Positions 29,592 to 43,555 are shown, numbered from the whole stretch's first letter. The stretch is 63,267 nt of DNA, filler included, from Octopus bimaculoides (GCF_001194135.2; 6 parts of 6 records of this genome joined end to end with filler, not necessarily neighbours in it), one strand, 5' to 3'. Program-made: numbers and translations. The notes: generated by a model from the letters alone, not told the origin.

Positions 29592-30160
29592 AACACACAT
29601 ACACACATGCGTAGATAGAGCGAGAAAGAAGCCGTACTTGGAAAATTACTCAAGGACAATAGCAGCCCAAGATCGAAGTGGGCAAGTTAATGCTTACATA
29701 TTTGCTATAGTAAGTGTAAACTAATTCTAAGAGACAACGCACGAAATTTTATTAATGGGAATCGGTTAAATGTAGAATGCAGTGGGAAGTTAATCCGACA
29801 CCTAGAACGATCCTTTGTGTAATATAGACATCGATATACTGAGACTGAAAAAGAAACATGGCGTGTTCAACAACATTGGTCTTACTTATACTCAATTAGA
29901 CTTCAGTTTAGAAGATAAACAACAGTGAATTCACTAAAAAGCAAGATTAAGGTGTAAAATATAAAATAAAAACAAAAAATAAAGCAATAAATATAAGTAT
30001 AAAAAATGCAGAAACGAAATGAAGCCAAGACTGTAGGGATTATAGTTTAGAATTTTCGATCTCTCATGGTTATTCAGATAACGCAAATTTTGATACTAGT
30101 GTGTAGTTACATTGAATAATCTCACTCATTCTCATTCTCACTGGATGTGTAGATACGTAG

Positions 30161-30192
<32 letters not shown>

Positions 30193-30931
30193 NNNNNNNN
30201 NNNNNNNNNNNNNNNNNNNNNNNNNNNNNNNNNNNNNNNNNNNNNNNNNNNNNNNNNNNNNNNNNNNNNNNNNNNNNNNNNNNNNNNNNNNNNNNNNNNN
30301 NNNNNNNNNNNNNNNNNNNNNNNNNNNNNNNNNNNNNNNNNNNNNNNNNNNNNNNNNNNNNNNNNNNNNNNNNNNNNNNNNNNNNNNNNNNNNNNNNNNN
30401 NNNNNNNNNNNNNNNNNNNNNNNNNNNNNNNNNNNNNNNNNNNNNNNNNNNNNNNNNNNNNNNNNNNNNNNNNNNNNNNNNNNNNNNNNNNNNNNNNNNN
30501 NNNNNNNNNNNNNNNNNNNNNNNNNNNNNNNNNNNNNNNNNNNNNNNNNNNNNNNNNNNNNNNNNNNNNNNNNNNNNNNNNNNNNNNNNNNNNNNNNNNN
30601 NNNNNNNNNNNNNNNNNNNNNNNNNNNNNNNNNNNNNNNNNNNNNNNNNNNNNNNNNNNNNNNNNNNNNNNNNNNNNNNNNNNNNNNNNNNNNNNNNNNN
30701 NNNNNNNNNNNNNNNNNNNNNNNNNNNNNNNNNNNNNNNNNNNNNNNNNNNNNNNNNNNNNNNNNNNNNNNNNNNNNNNNNNNNNNNNNNNNNNNNNNNN
30801 NNNNNNNNNNNNNNNNNNNNNNNNNNNNNNNNNNNNNNNNNNNNNNNNNNNNNNNNNNNNNNNNNNNNNNNNNNNNNNNNNNNNNNNNNNNNNNNNNNNN
30901 NNNNNNNNNNNNNNNNNNNNNNNNNNNNNNN

Positions 30932-31039
30932 TATCTATCTATCTATCTATCTATCCGTCTGCCTGTCTGTCTGTCTGTCTGCCTATCTATTAATCTATCT
31001 ATATATGTATTTATGTATGTATGTATGTATGTATGTATG

Positions 31040-31084
<45 letters not shown>

Positions 31085-31154
31085 GTCTATCCATTTGTCT
31101 TCTGTCTGTCTATCTGTCTGTCTCTGTCTGTCTGTCTGTCTCTCTCTCTCTCAA

Positions 31155-31195
<41 letters not shown>

Positions 31196-31203
31196 CTATC
31201 TAT
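30932..31203 (+). repeat. (CTAT)n/(CTGT)n/(CT)n compound repeat
   Basis: Direct reading; similar tracts at 33776-33893 and 43135-43211. Confidence 0.95.
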
Positions 31204-31747
31204 CAACCTATCTTGGTATCCAAACACATAATCTTACATCTAATTACACATCACACATATCATTCATAGTCTCAGTTTATGTAAAAGTTATATAATCAAA
31301 TCAGAAACTTGAAGTTTCGCCAACACATGACTCGTCAGGTAAAGTGGTGTAAGTTATATTTTCCCTGTATCATACACATACACACAGACACTAACATCAC
31401 ACGCACATATGTATATGCATATATATATATGTATATGCAGACACACACAGATGTATATGTGCGTACGTGTGTGTGTGTGCGTGTATTTATGTATATGCTG
31501 AATTTTAATCTTTATGTTTCAAATGTTTAGACAATGGTTGGCATCAGCTGGCGTGTACTTGCGTGTGATACTGTCAGGAATGCATACATACACACCTGTA
31601 TATGTGTGTCTATTTTACTGACCTGATGATAATGAGCTTGTAGTTTTTCGTAAATGGATTTCGAAATTATTTTGTATAAATAAGCTAATGTTTGCAGAGG
31701 AAATTTATTTAGTTCATTGTTGCATATATATTTACATACAAATACGT

Positions 31748-31830
<83 letters not shown>

Positions 31831-31930
31831 NNNNNNNNNNNNNNNNNNNNNNNNNNNNNNNNNNNNNNNNNNNNTTAATTAATTAANNNNNNNNNNNNNN
31901 NNNNNNNNNNNNNNNNNNNNNNNNNNNNNN
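31831..31930. other. Artificial scaffold linker
   Basis: 44 N + TTAATTAATTAA + 44 N. Confidence 0.97.
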
Positions 31931-32599
31931 GGGGGGGGGTGAGAGCGAGAGCTGGAGAATGGAGAAGAGAATGTGAGAGATAGGACGGGAATGAAAATGG
32001 GAAGTGGGGAAAAAAGGTGAAGATTTTGATAACATTTAAAAAGACAGAAATCGATAAGTTAAATAAAGATCATCTCTGAGTCACGAGCTTGATAAAGATA
32101 ATACCTCTGTGGCAGAATAAAATAATATGTATTCCAACCTTATTAAACAGTGTTACTTTTTATAAAACATTTGCACCTCTCCCTACCTCCGTCTTTTTCT
32201 TCTCTGTGTAGATTTATATGTTGTGCTGTATGATTTTCTGGCGGTGTATGTTTGTGCATGTAAGCGAATGCATTAAATTCCCAGTTACTTTTTGGTGTAA
32301 TTTTAGCTTGTGTTATGCGACTGAATCTGCATTTTGTGAGTGCATTTAGTTTACATATGTTCCTTATCTTTGTACAGTATGTCCTCATGAATATATATAT
32401 ATATATATATANNNNNNNNNNNNNNNNNNNNNNNNNNNNNNNNNNNNNNNNNNNNNNNNNNNNNNNNNNNNNNNNNNNNNNNNNNNNNNNNNNNNNNNNN
32501 NNNNNNNNNNNNNNNNNNNNNNNNNNNNNNNNNNNNNNNNNNNNNNNNNNTTTTAGGACGGATTTACTTTTATAAAAATGCAGATATATAATAACAGAT

Positions 32600-33733
32600 A
32601 ACTTTATTTATCAAAAAATGCTATGAGGATAAAAATAAATCTTCTTTCCTATAATGTTATTCAATAAAGCCACCTTCAGCTTCAACAACTGCTTGTATAT
32701 GAGTTCTAAATCATCTACATGCTCGGATCAAGTGGTTCTGGTTCATTTGGGACATTACTCTGACTATGGCAGCTTTCAAAGAATATTTGGTGCTATGGGC
32801 GTGTTCATTGACCTCTCTCTCAACATCGCTCCACATGTATTAGTCCAATGGATTGAGACCTGGGGAATTAGGAGGCCAAATGTTAGGGGTTATGTTATCG
32901 TGAACATTTTCAGCCGTCCATTCCTGTGTTACTGGAGCCATGTGTGATAGTGCAGAGTCTTANNNNNNNNNNCCGTCCATTCCTGTGTTACTGGAGCCAT
33001 GTGTGATAGTGCAGAGTCTTACTGAAACACATATGGCCTTCCATTGCATACACTGTCTATCCAGGTCTTAACAATTATTTCCAGGACCTCAATGTAGGTG
33101 GCAGAGTTAACTTTAACTTTAAGGCCTTGTGGAAAGAAGTAAGGAGGCATCGCATGTCCTTCATTACTGACAATCCCTAAAACCATGACAGTTGCAGGAA
33201 ATTTTGTATGCATAACACTTGGAACTTCTGAAGGATCTGCACATAACCATCTGTCATTTCTGCTGTTAACTTTTTGATCTTAGTCGAAAATTTTCTCGTT
33301 TGAGAAAAACTAAATCAAATCTGCTGGATTTTTCAGTTTGTTTAAGAGGCTTTTAGATCTGATGTAGTGCTTTTCTTTTGCTTTTTCCGACAAATTGACC
33401 TTTCCCCATCATATGAGACTTATATCTGATGTTTTCGTGGACAATATTTCTGACTGTTCATTCTGACACATGAAAATCTTTTGCATTTGACTTCGTGGAC
33501 TTTCTGGGATTGTAATCAATGGTCTGTCTAACTTGCTGGATAAATTCAGGTGTTCTGATGATTTCAGAGCGTTTAGAATGCTGTTTTATGCTTTGATACT
33601 GGTGATATATCTCCATCTTCAGTCTCTAGCACGATACAAACTTATTATTTTCTGAAACAAAGATTATACAGAGTTAGCAAAAAATGCAGCAAGACCCAAA
33701 GAAAGTATGCCCTCAAATACCATACGCAACCTG
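32600..33733 (-). mobile_element. DD37D (maT-type) Tc1/mariner relic
   Basis: Minus-strand translation FFSNEK..DQKVNSRNDRW...KFPATVMVLG...YVFQ*DSALSH...WPPNSPGLNPLD*YMW...EAEGGFIE* with D-x37-D spacing; several stops; putative end CAGGTTGCG next to TA at 33734-35; left end not identified and lies near an N gap. Confidence 0.9.
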
Positions 33734-33774
33734 TATATACCTGTGTATATGCATATGTATTCATGCATACACGG

Positions 33775-33820
<46 letters not shown>

Positions 33821-33824
33821 GTCA

Positions 33825-33894
<70 letters not shown>

Positions 33895-33971
33895 TTGCTT
33901 GCCTGTCTATCTGTCTGTTTGTCTATTAAAGTTTATTAATGGACTTTGCTACATCATGTTTTACAGATATT

Positions 33972-34200
33972 AAGGCGTCGACCTGTCGGAATCGTTGGCA
34001 TGTCGGACAAAATGCTTAGCTGCATTACTTCCGTTTCTTCACCTTCTCTATTCAAGTCCCACCAAGTTCAACTTCGCTACTCATTCTTTCTGAGTTCACA
34101 GAAAATAAAAATATGTACCGTTTGAACATGGGGAGTTTGTAATCAACTTATACACTCCCCTATGGTATACTTGCCTCATACAAAACTGTGAAACCATTAT
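33972..34200 (+). mobile_element. SINE family A, diverged
   Basis: AAGGCGTCGACCTGTCGGAATCGTTGGCA head and degenerate core. Confidence 0.65.
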
Positions 34201-34881
34201 GTTTGACAGACATTATTTTCTGTGCCCAATAGCGAACACCGGAATATATTTAATGTAACATATAGCTTAGATTTAGGTTCCATGAACAAATTCCACCGTA
34301 CTTATCAACCGGTGAATACACAGAGTGTTTAGGACATCGAATTAAATTTTTGTGAGCATTTGTTACACCTCTTTGTGCTCTAAGTTCAAATCTCGCCTAG
34401 GTCAACCTTGCCGTTTCTCTTTTTAAGATGCCAATAAGTAAAGTACCAGGATAAGGTAGGTAGCAGGAGAAATTGATTGATTTTTCGACGGAATAACCTT
34501 CCGGTATTTATTCAGGCTGTGTACTATCTGAATTCATAAATCCAGCCTAGACCACCCCTAGAACGACGAATCCTCTTCTAAGCGAACAAATAAATGATAA
34601 TAAATAACTAAATAATAAAAATAAAGCACTGGCATAAAGTGTTTATATCCTGATCGAGTAGGTCACATACTAAGGGCAGAAAGCGCTCAGTAGAAGACGA
34701 GGACAACGGAGGCGATGGAGGCGGCGCAGTCTGGGATCAATGAAATGTGCTAACAATATACTTAGGAGTACGGCAGTATGTCTGTTCTCAGAGTTCAAAT
34801 GCTAACAACGTCAACCTTGGTTTTCATCTTTGCGGATTCTACAAATAATGTACCATCTATCTCCACATTTCTTTCTTTCAT

Positions 34882-34941
<60 letters not shown>

Positions 34942-36234
34942 GCTTTCTTTCTTTCTTTCTCGGCTAGATTGCGCCGTGAGAAAGGTTCTGAAAAGGGGAG
35001 ATATTCATAGCATCTTCTCTTCCATAAAAAGACAAGGGCTGAAGGAAGTCGATGATACTATGATGACCAGCTACTTCAATTGTTGATGATAAATAGATAG
35101 ATAGANNNNNNNNNNNNNNNNNNNNNNNNNNNNNNNNNNNNNNNNNNNNNNNNNNNNNNNNNNNNNNNNNNNNNNNNNNNNNNNNNNNNNNNNNNNNNNN
35201 NNNNNNNNNNNNNNNNNNNNNNNNNNNNNNNNNNNNNNNNNNNNNNNNNNNNNNNNNNNNNNNNNNNNNNNNNNNNNNNNNNNNNNNNNNNNNNNNNNNN
35301 NNNNNNNNNNNNNNNNNNNNNNNNNNNNNNNNNNNNNNNNNNNNNNNNNNNNNNNNNNNNNNNNNNNNNNNNNNNNNNNNNNNNNNNNNNNNNNNNNNNN
35401 NNNNNNNNNNNNNNNNNNNNNNNNNNNNNNNNNNNNNNNNNNNNNNNNNNNNNNNNNNNNNNNNNNNNNNNNNNNNNNNNNNNNNNNNNNNNNNNNNNNN
35501 NNNNNNNNNNNNNNNNNNNNNNNNNNNNNNNNNNNNNNNNNNNNNNNNNNNNNNNNNNNNNNNNNNNNNNNNNNNNNNNNNNNNNNNNNNNNNNNNNNNN
35601 NNNNNNNNNNNNNNNNNNNNNNNNNNNNNNNNNNNNNNNNNNNNNNNNNNNNNNNNNNNNNNNNNNNNNNNNNNNNNNNNNNNNNNNNNNNNNNNNNNNN
35701 NNNNNNNNNNNNNNNNNNNNNNNNNNNNNNNNNNNNNNNNNNNNNNNNNNNNNNNNNNNNNNNNNNNNNNNNNNNNNNNNNNNNNNNNNNNNNNNNNNNN
35801 NNNNNNNNNNNNNNNNNNNNNNNNNNNNNNNNNNNNNNNNNNNNNNNNNNNNNNNNNNNNNNNNNNNNNNNNNNNNNNNNNNNNNNNNNNNNNNNNNNNN
35901 NNNNNNNNNNNNNNNNNNNNNNNTATATATATATATTATTTTGTTTAAAAGAGTTCCAACACTGTCTGTTTTTTATGTTTTATTTATATTCCTGCAGAAC
36001 CAATGTGGGGTATAGAATATGGAATATACAATATATAATATAATATACAATATATAATATAAAATAAAATAAAATAAAAATGGATGGCACCATGAAATAG
36101 AGTATTGAATGTAGATGAAATATTGAGTGTTCAATATAAAGGATCAAATATATAAATATAAATATATAAAGGCGACTCGAGTTTCAGGGCTATTTCCCTT
36201 CGTCATGGCCGGTATGAAGTCTGTCATATGAAGT

Positions 36235-36385
36235 CTGGTGTTCAAGCAGTGTGTTACATACCCCATGGCCCCAATAATTACAGGTATGAACTTAAACTTG
36301 TAACCTGGATGGTGTAACTGCAGATTTCTCAGTAGATCAGCGTAGGTATTCTCTTTTTCACTGATTTTCAGCTTTATGCTAATGT
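36235..36385 (-). mobile_element. RLE-type LINE C-terminal fragment
   Basis: KISEKENTYADLLRNLQLHHPGYKFKFIPVIIGAMG resembles the K..Y.DL...IPVIIGA.G end of the RLE domain. Confidence 0.55.
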
Positions 36386-36416
36386 ATGCATGTATGTATG
36401 TATACAAACACACACA

Positions 36417-36493
<77 letters not shown>

Positions 36494-36959
36494 ACAACGA
36501 TTTTCTTTCAGTTTCCGTTCACCAGCTCTATTCACAAGGAAATATAGGGAAGGTAAACACACTAACACCGGTGTCAAGCGGTGGTGGGGGACAAACACAG
36601 ACATAAAAAACATGCATACACGTACATATATATATATGTATACGTACATTTATGTGTGTGTGTGTGTGTGTGCGTGCGTGCATGTGTGTTTGTATGTGTG
36701 TGTATACGTACCAACATACACATATATACATACACACATTTACATGCTGTTGCTTATAGCTTTGTCTACTTCAAGGTTCATCGTTCCAAAAATGTTTCTA
36801 AATAAGACCTCTCCGAAGATGTGTGTAGCATGTATGTATGCATGCATGTGTCTGTTTGACTGTCTGTCTGTATGCATGAGAAGTGTGTATATATGTATGT
36901 GTGTATTTATGTATGTATATTATATATCAAACTTCCTAAAAGCTGCTTGTGTGTGTGAA

Positions 36960-37045
<86 letters not shown>

Positions 37046-37179
37046 TGTGTGTGTGTGTGTGTGTGTACGCGTAGGTATGAATGTGTGCAATGCTGTTCTA
37101 GCCATTGTTTTGGGTGTATAACAAGCGTACCCAGAATATACGACTAATCCTATTCGAACTAGTCTGCCTTCGACTGCAC

Positions 37180-37212
<33 letters not shown>

Positions 37213-37924
37213 CGACGACAGCGGCGGCGGCGGCAGCGATTAACAACGATAGCAAAACTATAAACCGAACCATCGCATCTAAATTTTTAATAATGTAACG
37301 ATACTTTCTTCTCATAGGCACGCTAAACTGCATATGTGTCAGCTACATACATTGTGCATTATATGTGCTTCTAGCTTATATAATCACGTCTGCACTACGA
37401 AACTCCACAAATCTCTTTATTTAATTTACCCACTTTTCTAGATCAAGAGATTTTATTATGCAGAGATATTTACAGTTTAGCGAGATAGAAATGATAAGGG
37501 AGTGAACTCTTGATAATTATAATTTATGTCTCCCTTCCACTTCGACAGCCAGTTGACGCTTAATAACATTTCTTCGTCGCCTATTATACAATTGATGCAG
37601 TATTTAGTGATTTAATACTGTGTACTTTTTATAATATATAATATAAAGGCATTTAATATAGTTATATTATATTAAATCGTATATATTATTGTATTATTCC
37701 GAGTTGATATAACAAATGGTATAAATACTGTTCAGTTTTATTAGCTTGTTAGTTCTATTTTAATATATAAGGTTATTCATTATTATGATATTTAGCTTTA
37801 TGTTATCCCGCTGGAGCAAACCTATCTATGATCAAAGGTTTTCCATCCGTGACCATCACGTTTTTTATTTATAGAAATATTTATTCAGTGTGTCTTGTTT
37901 TTAATACGGTAGTGTATGATAATG

Positions 37925-38120
37925 CGGTTAGGTGGTAGAATCATTACCGCGTCGGACAAAATGCTAAGCGATATTCTGTTCATCTTTGCGTTCTGAGTTC
38001 TAATGCAACTGGGGTCGACTTTGCCTTTCATCCATTCGGGGGTCGATATCAGCACTGGTTTCGAAATAATCGGCTTAACCCTTCCACCGAAATTACTTGT
38101 CCTGTGTCAAAAGTTGGAAT
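37925..38120 (+). mobile_element. SINE family A
   Basis: Core GGGGTCGACTTTGCCTTTCATCCATTCGGGGGTCGAT. Confidence 0.75.
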
Positions 38121-38345
38121 GTATATAGTAATGTATGATGACCACAACTTCTACTCGTTCAAACGAGCATGTAGAGGTCTCCAATTTGACATATTGCCGT
38201 ATGTGTTATACAGGTAGTGAGATGACAGATATTCTGTTTATGTAGTCCACCCACGACTAGATAAATACCCTCGTGTTTTTAGTTTCATCTGTCAGACTCT
38301 ACTTTCGTTTTCATACCCTAAGGACAATTTTAACAACATTACAGA

Positions 38346-38675
38346 TGGCTCAGTGGTTAGAGTGTCGGGCTCACAATCATGAGGTAGTGAGCTTGATTTC
38401 CAGACCGAGCTGTGTGTTGTATTCTTGAGCAAGATTTTATTTCATGTTGCCCCGGTTCACTCAGCCGTAGAAATGAGTTGCGACGTCACTGGTGCCAAGC
38501 TGTATCGACCTTTGCCTTTCCCTTGGATATCATCGGTGACGTAGAAATGGGGGGCTGGTATGTATGGACAACTGCTGGTCTTCCATAAAACAACCTTGCC
38601 CGGACTTGTGCCTCGGAGGGTAACGTTCTAGGTGCAATCCCATGGTCATCCATGACCGAAGAGGATCCTTACCCT
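38346..38675 (+). mobile_element. SINE family C (tRNA-derived head)
   Basis: GGCTCAGTGGTTAGAGTG box A, TTCTTGAGCAAGA core, tail GTGCAATCCCATGGTCATCCATGACCGAAG, which also occurs inverted at 52100-52170. Confidence 0.8.
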
Positions 38676-40385
38676 AGTAAAGCAGTGCACTGGGGCCCCC
38701 ACATACACAACCATATCATACATAGATTAGTATTGGGTCTTTCTCTAGACCGCCTGGGTAACCCCGGTTAACTGTTCAGTGTGTCTGGCCCTAAAGATGG
38801 CGCTATTAGTAGTGCCATCTGAGGCTAAATTCCTCAGCTATAAAGTCATGACTTGCAATCAGTCATTGAAATTTAGTATAAGTCTTTACTCTTCTAAAAG
38901 ATTTTGACATCAAATTTATCATATATTATATTATAAAGTGTTACGTTATATTCTATTTTATTATAGTGTTATGCTTAAATTATATTACATGTCATATAGT
39001 ACATTGTATCACGTTACATCGTATAAATACGATGGGATGATGGAATCGTTAGAACATTAGACAAAATCCATTGCGGTATCTGTTTCGACTCTTTCCCTTA
39101 TGGGTTCAAATCCTCTCGGGTTGAAACATGTCTGTCACTATACCGAGGTGGATAAACTATAATGTCCATGATGTACTGGCGTCAAAATAATTGTTTAAGC
39201 TCCCCCATTGAATTTATGACTTATGCTAGGAACTGATACCGTGTTTGCTGGCATATAAAACACGCTCCTTTTTGTTTTGTTTTGCCCTTCATCTAATGCA
39301 GCAGTATTGCAGATGAGCGACCGAATGTTATAGGCAAGGGAGCCGGATAAACATAAGTCTGCTCGGCTCAGTAATTGCTACTACCAATAAAATATTGAAA
39401 ACAAGCCAAATTATCCAAGTTTGTCTGCACAATCTACGAATCCTTACTTACAGTACGTCGGCGGTTAAGTGGAAAAGTCACATCGTCTGCATATATCTCC
39501 TTCTTTAGCATATATAACTCACAACTGATATGCGCCTTACACAATTTAATGGCTTTTAACCTTTAAGACACATTTTTTGATTATCTAAATGAAAATTTCC
39601 CTAGAAAGCTAAAAGGAATGCTGAACTTTCATCCGCTTGTCAGCTATTTGCAATGAGCGAATGACAACAAAACTATAAACGGTGCCGCAACACCGATAGC
39701 AATAACAGAAAAAAAAAGAAAAAAAAAATCAGAGCCCAAAATACGAGTTTCGCATCTTGTGTGGTAATTCTCTTGACCAAAATGCAAACAGCTATACAAT
39801 TGATCTACTGTATAACGTAATTTATGTATGGTAAATTTATGATTTCATACTTTATTCAAGTATTCTATCACAGCATTTTATTTACTTGCACAAAATCATA
39901 ATTTCCTCGTACAAAATCACTTTAAAATATCTTTCAAGAAATGTATGCTGAAACATTAAATTTCTTATTTTCACACCACGAAATGTACTTATAAAATAGG
40001 GATACCTCTTATGGAAGAGTGCGTCTTATACGCTTGCAAATCTAGTATATTATGTTGGAATGGCGCTACCCTGTACTAAATGTCTAAGATGCATTTTGTC
40101 CAGGGTACTTCTACTTCGCCTCATTATTTTCGTTGGGAAAGGTTTGAAGATCACTCGCTTGTTCCCTCTCTACGAAAATACAAGGTATGTATTACGAACC
40201 ATAAATTAAACTCTTCGAAATTGAAGACTGCAAGCCATTTTATCAAGAATATCTTGAAAGTTTTGAGAATTTCAACTAATCACGTCAAGTAATTACCTGT
40301 ACTTTTACTGCTGCCGTGAACCACCATTAATCTTTTGTGCGATTCAAGTGAGTTTTCATTTGTATGGGTACCACCAATAGGGAAG

Positions 40386-40590
40386 AAGGCGGCGAGCAGG
40401 CAGAAACGTTAGCACGCCGGGTGATAATGCTTAGCAGTATTTACGTTCTGAGTTCAAATTCCGCCGAGGTCGACTTTGCCTTTCTTCCTTTCATAGTCAA
40501 TAAATTAAGTACCAGTTGCGTACTGGGGTCAATCTAATCGACTGGTCTCTTCCCCCAAAATTACGGGCCTTGTGCCTAGAGTAGAAAGGA
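40386..40590 (+). mobile_element. SINE family A, full length with TSD
   Basis: Complete head-core-tail; flanked by ACCAATAGGGAAG (40373-85) and ACCAGTAGGGAAG (40593-605), a 13-bp duplication with 1 mismatch. Confidence 0.9.
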
Positions 40591-41099
40591 ATACCAGTAG
40601 GGAAGGTATGAACGTCAATACCTGTTTCACACTATTTCCTTTGAATGAATGGACTAATCTTATGGAGAAAAATATATTAAATATTAGCTCGCACCCTATT
40701 AACTAACTTGACAAATAATTTCCATATGAATTGATTTAGTATTACTACCTTTCGCTTTTCACTTCCACCGATTATTCTTTTGAGTAAAAGAAAAAAAAAA
40801 CGTTGATTAAAAATATCGAAAAACCTCTCACAATCCTTTATGATTGTTTTGATAAATGTATAAGACGATAAGGAATGTTAAAAATAATTATATGTTATCA
40901 TATCCGGGTGATAGGCCTAAGATGTTAAACTAGCCTGGTTAAACACCAACACCTGGCTCTTAGATGCCTTCAACGGAGTTCACTCTCTTGCAAGTATTCT
41001 GACCAGACCACTAGTTCCCTACTTGCCAACGTTTTTACTGCAAATATTGATCTGCAGATGTTCGGCTTTAGGATCAGCTGTATCAATATCACGAGGATG

Positions 41100-41400
41100 G
41101 CAGAGGTCGAAAAGGTCAGGGACACCGTCCCTTCCTTCCTTGATTAACTTGAAAAAATATCTAGATAAAAAATATTGTGATAAATCGAAAGAGTATGGTG
41201 ACTGGAGGGACGGTGCATTAGAGGCTTATATTCCGGCATTTATCAACGACTTGTTATATGAGGCTCCAAGTTCGTACAACAGTGTGGAAACAGCTCAGCG
41301 CAATAGGTAATGGAGGTAACATGAAGTTGCAGGCTCTAACTAGTAGATATTAGAAAGTAGAGTATAGGGAGGGAAACGGGGCACAATGATAAACTAATTA
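41100..41400 (+). mobile_element. Highly eroded CR1/L2-like LINE relic
   Basis: Collinear remnants KYL..K..YGDW, AFINDL, ETAQR and downstream RGHNDKL recall CR1-type RT/C-terminal motifs with large deletions. Confidence 0.35.
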
Positions 41401-41643
41401 GGTATATATTATGCCTCACTTGAATTGCTACGTGAAATCTTCAAACTCAGTAAAACACAAATCACCAAAAGTATTACAGTTATAATAAGGGTATAATCTG
41501 CTGCAGCGTTGTTGTTGATGATGATGTTGATGATGATGTCCCACATCATTTTCACTTCGTCAAACTCCAGAATATCCTGCATCGGATCAGGTATTGCGTA
41601 CTTCACTATTTTGCACGAAACAAAAATGCAACAATGCTTCTAA

Positions 41644-41994
41644 GCAGTCGTGACTGTGTGTGTTAAGAAGTTTGCTTCTTAACCACATAATTCCAGGTCT
41701 AGTCCCATTGTGTGGAACCTTGAGCAAGTATCTCTACTATATAACCTCGGCCAACTAAGGCCTTGTGAGTGGATTTGCTATCTATCTATCTACCTATCTA
41801 TCTATTGACAACCGGTGTTGGTGTGTTTACCTCACCGCAATCCAGCGGTTCGGCAAAAGAAGCCTGATAGAATAAGTAAAAAAGTAATAAAAAGCACTAG
41901 GTTCGATTAGTTTGACTGAGATTCTTCAGGGCGGTGCTCCAGCATGGCTGCAATCTGATGACTGAAACAAGTAAAAGATAAAAAGGATAAAAGA
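41644..41994 (+). mobile_element. SINE family B (CORE-like, internal microsatellite)
   Basis: ACCTTGAGCAAGTATCTC core-like motif and ACTGAAACAAGTAAAAGA tail shared with 46561-46992. Confidence 0.8.
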
Positions 41995-42029
41995 TTTGAT
42001 TTTGTCGACTATACAGTATAGTAGGCTCA

Positions 42030-42815
42030 GTTGGGCACCGTTTGTGGGAAAATCAACACCATGACGCTATTCACTCTGCCAGAAATTTGGAAACAACATG
42101 CTGTACGGCTTGGCATTCGCGCCGAAAGCACCAATACGAACAGATGCTGAACAATCAGACCAACAGTTGGCTTGCCCTGTCCCCAAAACATGTACCGAAA
42201 GTGATAAAAATCAAACATCCAGTCAACATCATGGTGTTTGGAGTGATCTTTAGAGATGGTGACGTTAATCCTCCATTCCTCTTCCCACACGGCCTCAGAT
42301 TCAACACGGAGGCCTACATTCAAGTGCTTGGTGAAGGTAGTGTTGCAATGGGTCAAGAGAGTGGCTGCTCGAAGACCCTATGTTTGGCAACAGGACTCTG
42401 CATCATACCACACAAGCAGGAGAACCCAGTCATGGCTTTCAGACAATTTCTGCCACCACATCAACCCTAACATCTGGCCACCTAACTCCCCAGACTGCAA
42501 CCCCTTAAATTATTATGTGCGGGGCGTAGTTAAACGAGAGACCAATAAAACACCTTGTAACACAAAAGGTGAACTGAAGGTAAGGATTATGGCAGCATTC
42601 ACCAACTTAAACAAGACTGTCTAGAAGAGTTATAGGAGATTCCAAAGTCGTATGGAGGTCGTGGTTGAAGCCAATGGCGATTTTATTGAATAAATTTGCT
42701 CTTTAGTATTTCAAGATATCTTCATGTAATTTTTGTAAATATATCTGTTAAAATAAGATGTCGGTGTTATTTTCATTTTTGCGCGTAATTTAGATGACAG
42801 TCTATTTACCGCAGC

Positions 42816-42818
<3 letters not shown>
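42030..42818 (+). mobile_element. DD37D (maT-type) relic, 5'-truncated, second subfamily
   Basis: KHPVNIMVFGVI...VWQQDSASYH...WPPNSPDCNPLNYYV...EANGDFIE*; D-x37-N (third Asp mutated); frameshifts; right end resembles the end of the 32600-33733 element. Confidence 0.9.
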
Positions 42819-42876
<58 letters not shown>

Positions 42877-42883
42877 TGTGTGT

Positions 42884-42921
<38 letters not shown>

Positions 42922-43136
42922 ACACGTATCTACCTATCTCCATACGCATAAATATACACACACACATATAAAGGCGATGCCACATCAAGATCACAGTGAA
43001 ACAAATAAAGATAAAGACAAAAGTTATAAGTGCGTGTGCATGTGTGCGTGTATGTGAGTATATTGTGTGTGTGTATGTGTGGTATATGTATATATAACTA
43101 TGTTTATCTATCTACATGAATGTATGTATGTATCTG

Positions 43137-43212
<76 letters not shown>

Positions 43213-43496
43213 ATTATAAGTTTATACATACATAGGCATATACACACAACTGACACACTCAGCATGACCGCCCAGACAGACATATTCATTATATATTTAT
43301 ATATAAACATATATAGAAATATTCATGTGAGTCTGTATGTATATGTGTGTCTGAATGCACGTATATATGAGTGTGTGCGTCTATATATGTGTATAAATAT
43401 ATATGTGTATATTATATATATACATACATATATACGTATGTTATACATATATTACGGATACATATAATATACACACCACTGAGAGCAAGTGAGAAA

Positions 43497-43555
<59 letters not shown>

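Noticed and set aside
31875-31886. Recurring TTAATTAATTAA as a biological motif or array repeat
   Set aside because: Always centred in exactly 44+44 N, so it is an assembly linker; no CRISPR-like repeat-spacer structure exists in the window.
38346-38420. tRNA-like heads here and at 45035, 46440 and 46561
   Set aside because: Box A/B are present but no full cloverleaf; they continue into repeat bodies, so they are SINE heads.
41023-41310. 95-aa ORF resembling a prohormone (hydrophobic start, RSKR site), with AG/GT at 41057/41307
   Set aside because: It starts at TTG, and AFINDL, ETAQR and the downstream RGHNDKL fit an eroded CR1-like LINE better.
41409-41606. Minus-strand ORF with a transmembrane-like stretch, phase-compatible with exon 7
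   Set aside because: No spacer-domain similarity; the core is a decayed (GAT)n repeat.
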